64,000 bases of DNA from Bugula neritina (Eukaryota > Animalia > Bryozoa). The notes under the pieces are model-generated. The model had not been told where the DNA came from. It saw nothing but the letters and a program-made list of their open reading frames with translations, and did no database searches. Position numbers and translations under genes: made by a program. Below, piece after piece: positions 12,405-24,779 of this stretch (its first letter is position 1; each line of letters starts with the position of its first letter). The stretch is from assembly GCA_964035545.1 (NCBI GenBank), contig OZ037766.1, positions 9,848,722 through 9,912,721 of the forward strand, read 5' to 3'.

Positions 12405-15400
12405 ATGATTCCACAGATCGGCTCAGGCACAGAATTTGGCTTGGTAAGTACTAAGTAGCTATAAACAGGACACATTCTATCTTCCTCTTGCACAGACTGT
12501 AGTCAATGTATTCATAGTAATGTATTCATAGCAAATTACTATGAATACGTTGAGATTGCATTTGGCTTTGCTCTATTGAAATGTTGGTATATACTAATTC
12601 TCTATCTTCTAGCTACTTAGCTAGAAGTAAGATGAACTCTGAGATATATACAATTGTCAGTTATAACGGGATATGCTGAAAATGACTGTATAAGATTAAG
12701 TTATAACTATATACTATTAATTTTACTATTACTATTGACTATTAAGTAATAATATTACTATATAATAATGTTTTTATAGTTGAACTATTTACTTTCACTA
12801 GTGTCCAGTTGATATGCTGACTATGGATAACCCAATATGTGAGGAAAGATTCTACTTCGATGAATGGAAGCCTGAAACACAACAGCAACTCTCAGAAGCT
12901 GAAATAGAGCAAACATGGCGCCGAGGCTCCAGTGACTCATACAGTGGCGACTCTAACACCTGGACACCCTCCTCCACCAGCATCAACTCTCCGTTCACTA
13001 CAACTCTGTGTGACTCGAGGTCTAGTCAAGATTGTAAGCATATTGTACTCTGCCATTATAACCTAGCCTAGATATCGTGGTTTTTACTAAGGTTGTTACC
13101 CACCATTTTGTTTCATTATAAACTTGTGGTGTATGAAGCTATTGGAACATTACAGCTGGTGCTAATTGGAAGGAGAAGCCAGTAGATCAGTGGTCAGCTG
13201 ATGACGTAACGCTCTGGATCTGCTCCCTAATGAACACTCCGTCCAGATCTCTGTACGACGGCAACTACCCTCCAGCTATCAATGTGGCAGCGTATCTCAA
13301 TCTCACCGGTGCCGAGCTGATGCATATGTCTAGTACAGAGATCCAGTCACGTGACCCCCAAAGTGGTAACTTTGTGTTCATGTCCCTACAGCAGTGTCTC
13401 AGTCAGCCTAACTCACCATACTCTCCCACTCCCCCTGGCTTGCCTTCCTACGGACACTTGGTAAGTGTACTTGCACTGTTAGAGTCTGAGTATTGTCAGT
13501 TGCCACATAAACACTGTGTGAGAGTATATAATACTTGCTCTGTATGCATATGTGTTTCTTGTATTCCAGGAACCAACTAGAGGAATGTCAGATCTCGTGA
13601 AACAAGAGCCATTAACCAAAGGTAAGATATTGCTAATAGGTAACAAGTTATATTCAGTTGGCATTTTGAAGTCCTGATTCTAGCAGATAAGGTCTGGCAA
13701 GGATTAGCAATTGACTAAGTTTTAGTTTTGTTGAAATGTAGCATGTGTTTCTCATTCCACCCTCATTAAGTTTAGGAACTAAATCTAGTCTATCTATGCT
13801 TTGCGTCATCTCTTTTTCCCATCAATCATGTTTATGTGGTATTATCATTATATAGAGTGTTGAATTTAATGTTCTACTTTGACAACTGTATGGGGAGGGG
13901 TGTAGACCATACCACTGAAATCATGAAATCGGTAAATAGATGTGTAGGCTAACATAAAAAACTTCAATCCTAACAGCTCCGTCTGTTATTCATCTTCAAC
14001 TGTCTTTATAAATAAAACATAACCAGCAAGGTTCAGCTAAGGCATTTTGAGGTCATATTTTTCTGTTTTAATCAATGAATCATCTTGGTTCTATTGGCAT
14101 GTTTTAATCAGTATTGCATGACATTGCATTAGATGGCATGTTGTTTCATAATACCATAACACATCATTCAGACTCTATTATTGACCTTGTAGCTTGTAAT
14201 ACTTTCACTAGTCTTTGACCTACCAATCTAACAATATAATTGCTGTTGTTGGAAATCACAAACATGTTTGCTAGTATTTTGTAGTGTAGCAGTGAGATGT
14301 TGTTTCTTTGTTTTGTAGAGTTTGTTCAGCCAAGATTGCCATCACTTGATTTAAAGATGTTCTCATTTGATATCGAAGATAAATTCGACAGCATAAAATC
14401 ATTGGCTAAAGAGATGAGCTTTGATCAAGTTGTTAAAAGCATTAATGTAATGAAAGGAGTAGAAAAGTCCAGGCTACAGGCCGATAGTAAATATAATTGG
14501 GAACTTGCAGATACGTTAAATCGGCCACACAACTTGAATGTACCAGTTAATCCTTACAATATAGCATTAGGCCAAGGTTGGATTGACCAGAATCAGCTGA
14601 TGGCCTCTCCAATGATTTCACCTCGTTCTGACGGCTCAATCACTCCTCCAGAAGATTTAGGAAGAGAATTTAGTTCACCTCATTATCTGCCCAACGGTAA
14701 GTTCTACACACACTAAGTGGCTGATTATTGCTAGTAGTTTTTTAACCTTTTTTCTACACAGCAAATGCTTTTATTTTTTTAGTCTTCTAGGTATGTTTTA
14801 TTGTTTTCTATTCTCCTCTCCTCAGCTTAGCAACCACCTCTTGTTTGTGGAACAATTGTATATGGTTTTGTGTAGTAAAAACAGGAAATGGAAGAAAACA
14901 ATTTTTTGACAAGTGATATATTGAAGCTGATACAATGAGGCTGAAATGGAATAAGTCACGCTATTGTGAGCACAAATCTGTTGAGAGCCAAGAGTGATTG
15001 CGTAGGGAGTTAGGTCAATGGCTAATAATAAATATAAATGAGGTTACAGCACTATTTCATTGTCCGAAATACATGTCACGCCGTGGTTTTTTGGCTTTAC
15101 CTGCATCATTTTCTGGAAGTGCTGTAGCCATAATAATCCATGAAATATTGTATCATTGCCTATTTTTTACTATTTGCAGAGGTAAAGGGAAATCACTTGT
15201 GGGAGTTCATCAGAGACTTGCTGTTTGACAGCAGATATAACCCATCACTAGTTAAATGGGAAGACCGTGAAGAAGGGGTCTTCAAGTTTGTGAAATCTGA
15301 CCAAGTGGCCAAACTATGGGGTAAAAAGAAGAACAACCCTGCAATGACTTACGAGAAACTCTCTCGGGCTATGAGGTATATTTCCTTATAAACTGTTAGA

Positions 15401-15860
15401 GATGTGTTGGGTTTTGATAACATCTGTTACAAATTAGTGTTACAAGTGCAATTCGTGTATATATTATTTGAATCAATAGTTATGTAATTTTACATTAGAT
15501 TTGCCAATAACATTTTGATAAGTTGATGCATTCTGATTTTGTTAGGTCATTTGTTTGATGAAACATAATATCATGATTTGATAATTGATGTGAAGTTACA
15601 GATCTAACTAGTTCGGCATTTTTCATTATTTTTTTATTATTTGCCATAGGTAAAATATTTATGGCTTTTATTTCAGTAGTAGTTTATGATCATTATAATT
15701 TTTATTTTCAAAGTTGTTTGCGTATGCGGATAATATTGCCATACTTATTATACTTTACTTGTTATGCAGGTACTATTACCGAAGAAAGATTTTAGAGAGA
15801 ATAGATGGAAGGCGGTTGGTCTACAAATTTGGATCCATGGCTACAGGTTGGAAAGTCTAA
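12405..15860 (+). CDS. EHF: ETS transcription factor, ESE subfamily (EHF/ELF3/ELF5-like), with SAM/pointed domain
   Basis: Exons 12405-12443, 12802-13033, 13156-13460, 13570-13621, 14319-14696, 15180-15375, 15770-15860; all GT-AG and in phase. PNT-like WKEKPVDQWSADDVTLWI. ETS domain [70 protein letters not shown]..ATGW closely matches EHF. Start codon uncertain (12405 or 12814). Confidence 0.9.
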
Positions 15861-17619
15861 GTCACTGCTTTTCCGACGCCTTTAAACTAAAATCGCCCAG
15901 TTAGGGTAGATGTTCAAGTAATGCCTGTTTTAAGGCAGATAAACAATATTTTATCAAAGTTATTATACTCCAGCTGTTTTATTAATGGGCAGCATGATTA
16001 ATTTTATCCCCCAATTCAATATTTGTATCTCCAGTTTAATTTCAAAACATTTATGCTTTTAACACTGTTTCACAGTCATTGTTGCTGACATTTTTTGTTC
16101 TAAAGATCTCAAATTGATTTCTTAATCAATTGCTAATAGAAAAGTACTTTTTATTTGTCGTATTTACTAAACATGATAACTAGGGCCACAGCAAATATTG
16201 TAACTTTATTAGCAGTTTTCTTGTAACTAATTTTTTTTCATTTAGCTCGCTCTAATAAAGTACAGCTATCACTTGCATTTGCTAGTCCCCATATTTATAT
16301 TTTATGCACCTTATCGCCTTATGAAGTTTATGTTTTATAGCTGGAACAATATCTGAGTTTTTACCTTTGTATTATTAAGCTATGGTTTTCAATGCTGGTT
16401 TGGTTAATAGTTTAAGATGCTAGTTAATTCTGTTATAGAATGAAACTGATATTTACTGTTTTTGGTTGGCTTTTGCTATGATTTTTGCTATTTTATTATA
16501 CTAAATGACTTCAGAGGCTATACTTGGCATTTTTTTTTATATCAAAGCTGGCCTTTGATAAAGATATAATACATATCAAACTTGAATACTTATCAAACTA
16601 AAAATGTATATTTTAATTATGCTATCAAATAATTATAATACACTGCATGATAAAATTATTTATTTTCATTATTGTAAAATATAAATCTTTAAGGTATTGA
16701 GAAGGCTTCATTACCTGTCAGCAATTTATAATCATGTACCTAGCAAAAGATTATATATTTCAAATAAAGTCAGTTCAATGGCATTTACTTACAATTCTTG
16801 CTGTGGAGAGAAATCTATTGATGGTAAAAATTATCAACTGCTGTTGAAAACTTTAGTATTTCTCACATTAAGGCAATGAAGCTAAGGAAAATAAAAATTG
16901 TACTTAAGTTATTTTACCCTTGTGGTCTTGAGGATCTAAATTTTATTGTGGACTAAAAATTATTTACTTATCTTATCTTATAGTTTTGTGAAAATTTGAA
17001 TATTACTTTCATATGCTATATACAAACAAGCTTTTAGTGTTATTAATGTTAGTGTTATAATCTATATATTTTTTACTGACTGCATAGGTAGGTGAGTTCC
17101 GAACATTTCCTGATACCCATATATACAAACATATGCACATACATAATATTATATACATACATATATTGTGTTCGTGCCTGTGTGTGTCACAGATCTCTCT
17201 CTCCTTTATTTGAACAGTAAAATTTTGTATATCAAAAGATATATTATAAACACTATTATAGTTGACTGGTTGTATATATTGTATAGCCACATAAAATAGT
17301 ATATTCCGCTGTACTGGCCATTTAAAAAGAGTTGTCTGCTTTCTAAAAGTTGACTTTTTGCATAATAACTAATCCATTTCGAACTGTTGCAGCAAACACG
17401 GGTTTTCCGTAATGGTAGAATAGTTAGTGATCAGTAAATCAGTAAATGTAATGTTAATCATATCAATCATAATGAATATAGTATTTGAAACATGCACAAT
17501 ATGATTTATTTTTTAATCAATATTTTTAAATACTTATTAACATTTATTTTACATGCTAAAATAAAAAACCCTTATATAAGTAGTAAGTTTTGGGATATTT
17601 TTTTTTATTTTCAACTTTC

Positions 17620-19370
17620 TCTTTCATTTTGATTTTGATAATCATAATAATTAATATTAATATAAATATTATTATTATTTATTAATGATATTCATACTGA
17701 TACTCACTTAGTCTACTAACATTAATGCTGATAGTGATACTCACACTCAACCTTATGTGTCTCCTGAGTGTGAGTATGACTATATATCATACTTATGGGG
17801 ATACTAATACTTATAGTTATACTAATACTATAATTCACAGTAATACTAATACTATAACTGTAAGAGTATAACTATAAGTATAACATTAAGTTTAACAATA
17901 ACATACCTATGGCCTATCATTATGGCCATGAGGCTGGGCTATGACTTATGAGTATGACTTACTCTTAGAGAGTAACTTAGAGTTAGACCATCACTATGAC
18001 TATGAGATTGTCTCAGTCTCATGCCCAGCCCCATGGCAATGCCATTAGACTAGTTATGTTGTAATTATTATAAATATAATTAATTATGCAATTGACTATC
18101 ATTCATTTTCAAAAAAGTTTGATTTAGTCATGCTTTAACTTACAGTTATAATTGTAATGATAGTCATCTACTTATAGTTACTGTACTTGTACTTAGAGGG
18201 GCAAGCTCTCAAAAGTGCCGAGTAACCTCAGGAGTGCCGCAGGGATCTGTGCTAGGCCCAATACTGTTTTTGTGCTATATAAATGATCTTCCGGATTTGT
18301 TGTCATGTAAAGTCAGCCTCTATGCTGATGATACTCTACTTTACCAAACTGTGAACACCACTAAGGATGCAGAACTATTCCAAACTAACATTAACGCTGT
18401 ATATGAGTGGTCTCTAAAATGGAAAATGCCCTTCAATGAACAGAAATGCCAAGCAATTAATTTTGGTAAAGTAACCCCTATATATCACACTACAGACTCG
18501 GTACCACATGCCTTGCGTGGGTACAAAGCACTAAATACCTTGGGGTAACCATCCAGTCAGACCTAAAATTTGATCAACACATAAATAATAAGTGTACCAA
18601 GTCCCGGAAAATTCTTGGCGGCATCAAGCATTTGATGTATGATGCCCCAAAAGATGCTAAGCTATTGGCTTATACAAGTCTATGTAGGCCTATACTCGAT
18701 TATGCGGATGTGGTTTGGGATCCTGCGGTTAGAAGTAAGGTGCATGATATAGAGCTGGTCCAGAACAGTGCCATACGGTTCATAAGCAATATGAAGGGAC
18801 GTGCTGACAGTGTGTCTGAGGCGAGGGATGAGTTAGGACTCCGGTCGCTGGAAGACAGACGAAAAGATCATCGACTGTGTTTATTGACCCGAATTCTTCA
18901 AAATGAGGATCAACACCAATCTCTATCCAGAGCCTATGACGAAATAATTGAAGACAGAGAACTTGTAACTGTAACCACTCGAGCGGCTGCCAGAGGAGAG
19001 CTTATCTCTATATCATCTAGGAAAAACGTATTCCACACTAGTTTTCTACCACGAACAATTCGTGAAATGCGCGGAGAGTATAATAACTAATTACAAAACA
19101 GCAAATGCTGTAACTAGTGCTAACCCTGGTCTAATGTAAGTTTTCACTAGAGGCTTCCCTATAGACTTTTCAGTTGCTGCGGAAGTCCTACCTCAACTGA
19201 GGTAATAAACTGAGGTAATAGTGTTACACTTAGACTTACATTTAATGAGTTCTACTGATACTGACGTTGAAAAACAGCTACTATTAGTACTACTACTTGA
19301 GTAGTACTAGTAGTACTACTACACTAAACAGTTACACTTACTATAGCTAAGTCATTAAATTACTGTAATT
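17620..19370. repeat. Hexamer-mosaic island B (17620-18190 and 19221-19370), split by a LINE
   Basis: CATACT/GATACT/GATAGT, TATGAG/TATGAC, TATAAC/TATAAG and TACTAC/TAGTAG units on both sides of the LINE. Confidence 0.75.
18189..19220 (+). mobile_element. 5'-truncated non-LTR retrotransposon (CR1/L2-like LINE): RT C-terminal half, 3' UTR and tandem tail
   Basis: GVPQGSVLGPILFLCYINDLP..LYADD RT motifs. One frameshift near 18470-18490, then KYLGVTIQSDLKFDQHI..AYTSLCRPILDYADVVWDP..SFLPRTIRE, stop at 19090. Tail (AACTGAGGTAATA)x2 at 19195-19220. Confidence 0.93.
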
Positions 19371-20272
19371 TACAAACTTGCAATTACCAAAGAAGGATTG
19401 ATGGTGTTTGTTACTAATTGAATTTATGTTATTTTTATTTTAATTCAAAGGTAATTTGTAATTATAAAATAAATAATTAATGTTTTTTAAAACTTTATTC
19501 AATATTAACTATTAATTATAGTAACTATTGCTCTTGAAATTTATTTGAATTGCTTAAGTTTAAGTTTCATGCTTAAAGCTTTACTGTCAAATAAATACAT
19601 TAAGCATGAAATGCAAGGTTAAGACATAAGATCATTCAGCAATTTGTTTAAAAGAAGCTTGTAATATAGAAAACACATTTGATTAAAGGTAAAAGTTCTT
19701 CAGGTTTTAGATGTAAGCTAACTTGGCACAAAAATTTCAAAATTTCAGGTTTTCATATTTAAGTTATATATATGCATTATATGTATATGCCAGCTCTGTA
19801 CATGATGGGTAGACATTTTAGAGCATTGCCTATTTGTAATCTGTTTTTAGTTGCAGTGATTACTATTCAAATCCTTATAAATTGCCTCGATTATCATGTG
19901 ACGGTTTACTTAGTGTGAAACTATGTGTGCTGCCCCTGTCATATTTCAAATGCATGCAGTACAATGAGTTTGCTTGTGACTACTTGAGTTGTCTAACCAT
20001 TTATATCAGTTGTAAATAGAGCTGTGTATTATCTAGTAGTCAACACTACTGATTTCTCTTATAATAGAAGCTCTTCTACACTTACAATGTGATTTCTACC
20101 TAAAATGAAGCAGGCCATACAAATTACAGGTGTTGTGTTCCTGACTAGAAGGTTAGGGTCCCAACAGTAGCAGAGGAGCAAAATGTGTGTATATAATATA
20201 CATGTTTAAAAGTTTTGTGTTTTAGTTAGCCGGTCACTTGACAAAAAAGTTTAGTTAATATCTAAATCCAAC

Positions 20273-20548
20273 ATGGCACAGCACCAAGAGGACTTGAACA
20301 CTAGAATGAGGGTTTCCACTGGAGCAGAAAGTTCTGCTTTAAAAACAATGCTTATATTTACTATAATGATGGTCACCCTACCAATATTTTCTTATTTTGC
20401 CTCAAAATATGTCATGGAACAAATATTTGCAATGGAGTCAGCTTATTTATACGCTGCTGGAATTTCTGTCATAGCAGTACACGTTGTCTTAGTAATGTTT
20501 GTTGTGGCAGCATGGAGAGAAGACACAAAGACAGTTAAACAGGAATAG
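20273..20548 (+). CDS. VMA21: Vacuolar ATPase assembly integral membrane protein VMA21 (91 aa, single coding exon)
   Basis: ALKTMLIFTIMMVTLPIFSYFASK and YLYAAGISVIAVHVVLVMFVVAAWRE (two TM helices) with C-terminal KQE. Acceptor ttttag|20226 upstream implies a 5'-UTR intron (possible donor at 19450). Confidence 0.92.
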   Translation: MAQHQEDLNTRMRVSTGAESSALKTMLIFTIMMVTLPIFSYFASKYVMEQIFAMESAYLYAAGISVIAVHVVLVMFVVAAWREDTKTVKQE

Positions 20549-20654
20549 TTTATTTATTCAATATCCTATACTAACATACGATTATATTCCATACAAGGCT
20601 GCCTAAATAATTATCTTTTCATATTAATTGAATTTAGTATATTTCTAACTAATA

Positions 20655-22622
20655 TTAATTATTCTTGGATTTTTTATTAACGGATTTTTCAATTTTGTCC
20701 AGCAATAAAGTTATTTGGTTGTCTAAATACGGCTGTCCTTTTCTTGTCTTTTTACTAAACAATTTTTGTCGCTGTTTTCTTTTTTCAGCAGCAATTGCTT
20801 TTGATTCTTCTATTTGCTTCAATCTCTCTTCTCTTTCCTATTCCAACATAACCAAGAAAATTTACTTGAATGAATGAGAAGTAATAAAATGATTTTGTTA
20901 GAGAAAAGTAGTTACAAAATTGCAGATTTTTCAACAACATTATTGCTGTTGTCCAAATTATAGGATTTCACTGAGACTATTTTGACCTCAGTTTACCTCT
21001 CCAACATCGTAGGTATATAATTATTGCACCAACTAAATCAAATAGTTCACCTTTGCTTTTTAATGGTAAAAACAGTCTCAAAATGTCAATTTGTATGATA
21101 AAAAGACAAAAACTGAAAATATGTCAGAAAGTTACTTTATCCTATCAATCTATTTCATACAACTAGAACATTTTCAGTTGCAAACCTGTTGTCTTTTTAT
21201 TCGATCTTCTTCTGCTTTCTGACGCTTTGTTTCTATTTCCACGTGTACTTTCTTATATGTATCTTGCTTAATTCCTTGTTTTTTCCGCTTCTGCCTACAA
21301 TATTCAACTCTATTTGATAGAAAGCAATAGACAATTTATTTACCATTTAAAGGTAAATCATACATAAGAATGATAATTTAGAGCTATTTAAATAAAGATG
21401 AACTAGTGCGCTAAATATCATGAATATATTTGGAGTTTAAAATAGATAAAGTGAACTTTTCCTAATGACGCAAGTGCCTCCCTATATGCATAGAGATTTT
21501 GAGAGCCCCTATTTTTGTTCATGTGTTTTAAAAGTTGATTGGTTTCAAAATCCATGTGCTTTTCTAAAAACAAGAGAATTCAATGGTCTGTTGGGTTATC
21601 TTCTTTTTTTCTTGCAATCTTTACAAAAAAAGTCCATGCCACAGTGCTTTGCCTAAACATGTAAAGTTTAAACTGCTTTTGAGATGTAATGCAGTAATTT
21701 TGAAAAAAAAAACTTGAGATTAGAGCAACATGTGCAAAGCATTCATACTATGAACAGAAAAATGAGAAAAAGTTTGCAAAATAAGCCTCAGATATCATTA
21801 TTTTCAATGTTTCAATAATTTGTACAGCTTATAAGTGTGTTTTCATCACAAGCAGGCATTAAGTACTTGGACAAAAATGTTGATGGACACATAATATTAC
21901 TGCCTATTACAATTACTTTAGAGTGTAGTTTTAGTATTCAAGACACTAATTTATTGTAACCTTAAGAAATTTGAGTATATGTCATTTAATATTCAGATTA
22001 GAAGTTGCACTTGTATGAATTGTGGTCCTCCCAAGAAAAAAATTACATTAAATTCATATCAAATACCTTTTTAGAACCATTTAAACAAAAACGATACTTT
22101 TTGTACTAGATGAGTTAAAAAAGCATCAGCTCTAAATACACCTATCTTTACCGATAAAATAGTGAGAAAATTAATTGAGTGCATAAATTTAAAATACTTA
22201 ACATTTTTATAACTTGGTGCAAATCGTCATCCCGCTTTTCTCTTCTCAAAATCTTTTTGTAGCTATTGATGGCTTTCTTTTTTCTGAGATTAGTAAATCC
22301 AGAACCTGAAACACAAAACAGAATTATGGCCAACAAAAAACTGTACAATAGTTTAATTGCCCTCCCCCCCCCCCCCCACTGCATAGGGTTGGGGTAATTG
22401 TCAACAGAATCCTGTTTCTGTTGACAATTACTGTTACTGGTCGATTCAAATTTCTTGTAGCTAATCTTTTACATATATTTAGTTACTACTCTAAGTCAAC
22501 AATAAACAACAACCTAATTTACTTTATAACATGATCAACTTTGACACTTATGGCTACTTACCATCATTGCTGCGGCCATACTTCTGGGCACCACTACCTT
22601 TAGAATTACCAGGTTTTCCCAT
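20655..22622 (-). CDS. CCDC59: CCDC59/TAP26 (Fyv7-family rRNA-processing coiled-coil protein), ~151 aa; largely missed by the ORF track
   Basis: Exons 22622-22562, 22305-~22203, 21294-21186, 20837-20655. GSGFTNLRKKKAINSYKKILRREK and C-terminal KKTRKGQPYLDNQITLLLDKIE match TAP26/Fyv7. The exon 2 donor is weak and uncertain. Confidence 0.85.
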
Positions 22623-23399
22623 CACATCAATCTAACAAATACAAAACTTCACTTTACACAGTGGTGAAGCGAGTAGCTATTATGCAAAAAAACTTGAAAT
22701 GTATTATTTATTACAAAACAACCAATATTAAAGATTTAAAAGACCATAGTGAAACTATTAAACAGATTATGAGATTTTTCAAAAAAACTATCATGTGTAA
22801 ATATTTGGTGCTGATAAGTATTTGAAACTAATTTTGAAATCTACTGCTGATTTTATGAATAAAATATATTAAATTATAACAAATAACTTTTTAGCAAATT
22901 TTACAGGAAAGGAAATCAATTGATTACTCAATTTATAATGTTCATTCAACATAGCAATACATTTAGCAACTGTAAAAATCAATTGTAATCTCAAAATATA
23001 TCAGTAACAACTAGCATTGCATTATTTTCACTACTGCCAATTAATTTCATAGAGGATATCCTGGGAAAATATTTTATCAAAAATTAAAGCAGTGGAGGGA
23101 TTGAACTGAAGCAAAATTGACAGGAGTATAGTTTATAACATTATGTGACACTCGGAGAGAAAAGATAAAAATCAAAATAATCAAATGTTGAACAAAAACT
23201 AAAAAATATTATAGAAGTTACAGAACAAGAATGGCAATAAAATACCCATAACATCAATTTTTTTATTGAAAATTAGTATGAGCTTAGCTGTTACATAAAA
23301 CTAAAATGCTAGGGAAATCACAAGAGTAAAACTTGAGATAGAGCTATGAAAAATCACAATATAACCAAACACACAATTAGAAGGCTGCTAGCTTTTTGA

Positions 23400-24620
23400 C
23401 TAAATTACTCATATAGGCTAAGCCTGTTTCAGTGTTATAACTTTAATACAAATATTATTGTGAGTATCAGCATCCTATGGAACTAAAGCTAAGAGTTAAT
23501 TAATAGTTGAATTTATTAGCTAAAAACGTTAGTACTGCTAGTTCTATAGTCAGTATCACTATCAGTGTGAGTATAGAAATAGAGCCATCAATACTAATAG
23601 TTATAGTAATAGCAATAAACAATAATTATTAGTACTTAATATTTATACCCATACTGTAATAGAAATATTAATAAAAAATTGAATACTAATAAACTAAATT
23701 CAATGCTTATAATTTAAATTGAGATTATAGTCATAGTGATACTGATATACTAATATTAATACTAATAGTGATACTAATTTACTGAGACTTATAGTAATAC
23801 TTTAACTTATAGTTTTTCTAATAGTATTAGTATTAATAATACTAATAGTAATTATTATACTTAGATTTATAAAATTAAATAGATATCAGTACCCATATTA
23901 CTATCAGTGTCACTGAGAGTGAGCTACTATGAGTATCAGTATGAGCAAGTTTATGAGTATGACTAACTTACTATTATTATGACTACCATTATCAATATTA
24001 TTATTATAAACAATAACTATAAAGTTACTATAGTATAACTATAAGTATAAGTATCAGTATGAGTAGCACTTTCATTATCAGTATTGCTAAGGCCTAAGCC
24101 ATATGCTTATGGGCTATGGTTATGACTATGACTATTAGTACAACCATTTTGAGTATGAGTATCACTATGACCATCACAATGAGTATGATTATGAACTTGG
24201 AGTATTACTATTAGTATTACTATTAGTATTAGTATTAGTATGAATATGGTCTCACTCTGACTCTAAGTCTTTGAGCTATAACTTATAAGTTATATAAATA
24301 GATCTATGAGTACGACTATGAGTTATGACTTATGAGTATCCGCTTCAGAATCAGTATGACATTCACATTGTCATTGTGATTGAATTTGACTGCAACTCAA
24401 ACTGTAACTGTAAGTCACAGGTATAAGACTAAGACTAAGAGTAAGTGCTATTGTTAATGTATAACTAAGAAAATAACTATAAGTATAACATTAGGTTTAA
24501 GTTTAACTATAAGTATAAGTATAAAATTAACAATAACTGGTTAAGGCTATCACTATCAGTATCAGTATCTCCATAAACTTAAAGTAGGAAATTAATAATA
24601 ATATCAATATGAGTTAAACC
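23400..24620. repeat. Hexamer-mosaic island C-left
   Basis: AATACT/AATAGT/GATACT blocks followed by reverse-complement TATTAG/TATTAC/TATCAG/TATGAG blocks; also TCTGAC, TGTAAC, TAAGAC. Confidence 0.85.
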
Positions 24621-24779
24621 AGCAACTCTCAGGGCTAAGAGGCCAGTGTAGTATCAAACAAAGGGCATAAACTTAAAGTTGATCATTATTCTATTGCCAA
24701 TGGTGTCAGTGTAAAGCAGTATTTAGCAAACGTTATAGGAATATAAATATGGGATTCATAATATAAATATTAATTTAGT

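Noticed and set aside
21597-21653. Possible alternative last exon of CCDC59 (AKHCGMDFFCKDCKKKRR*)
   Set aside because: Acceptor is plausible, but it needs a weak alternative donor and has no homology support.
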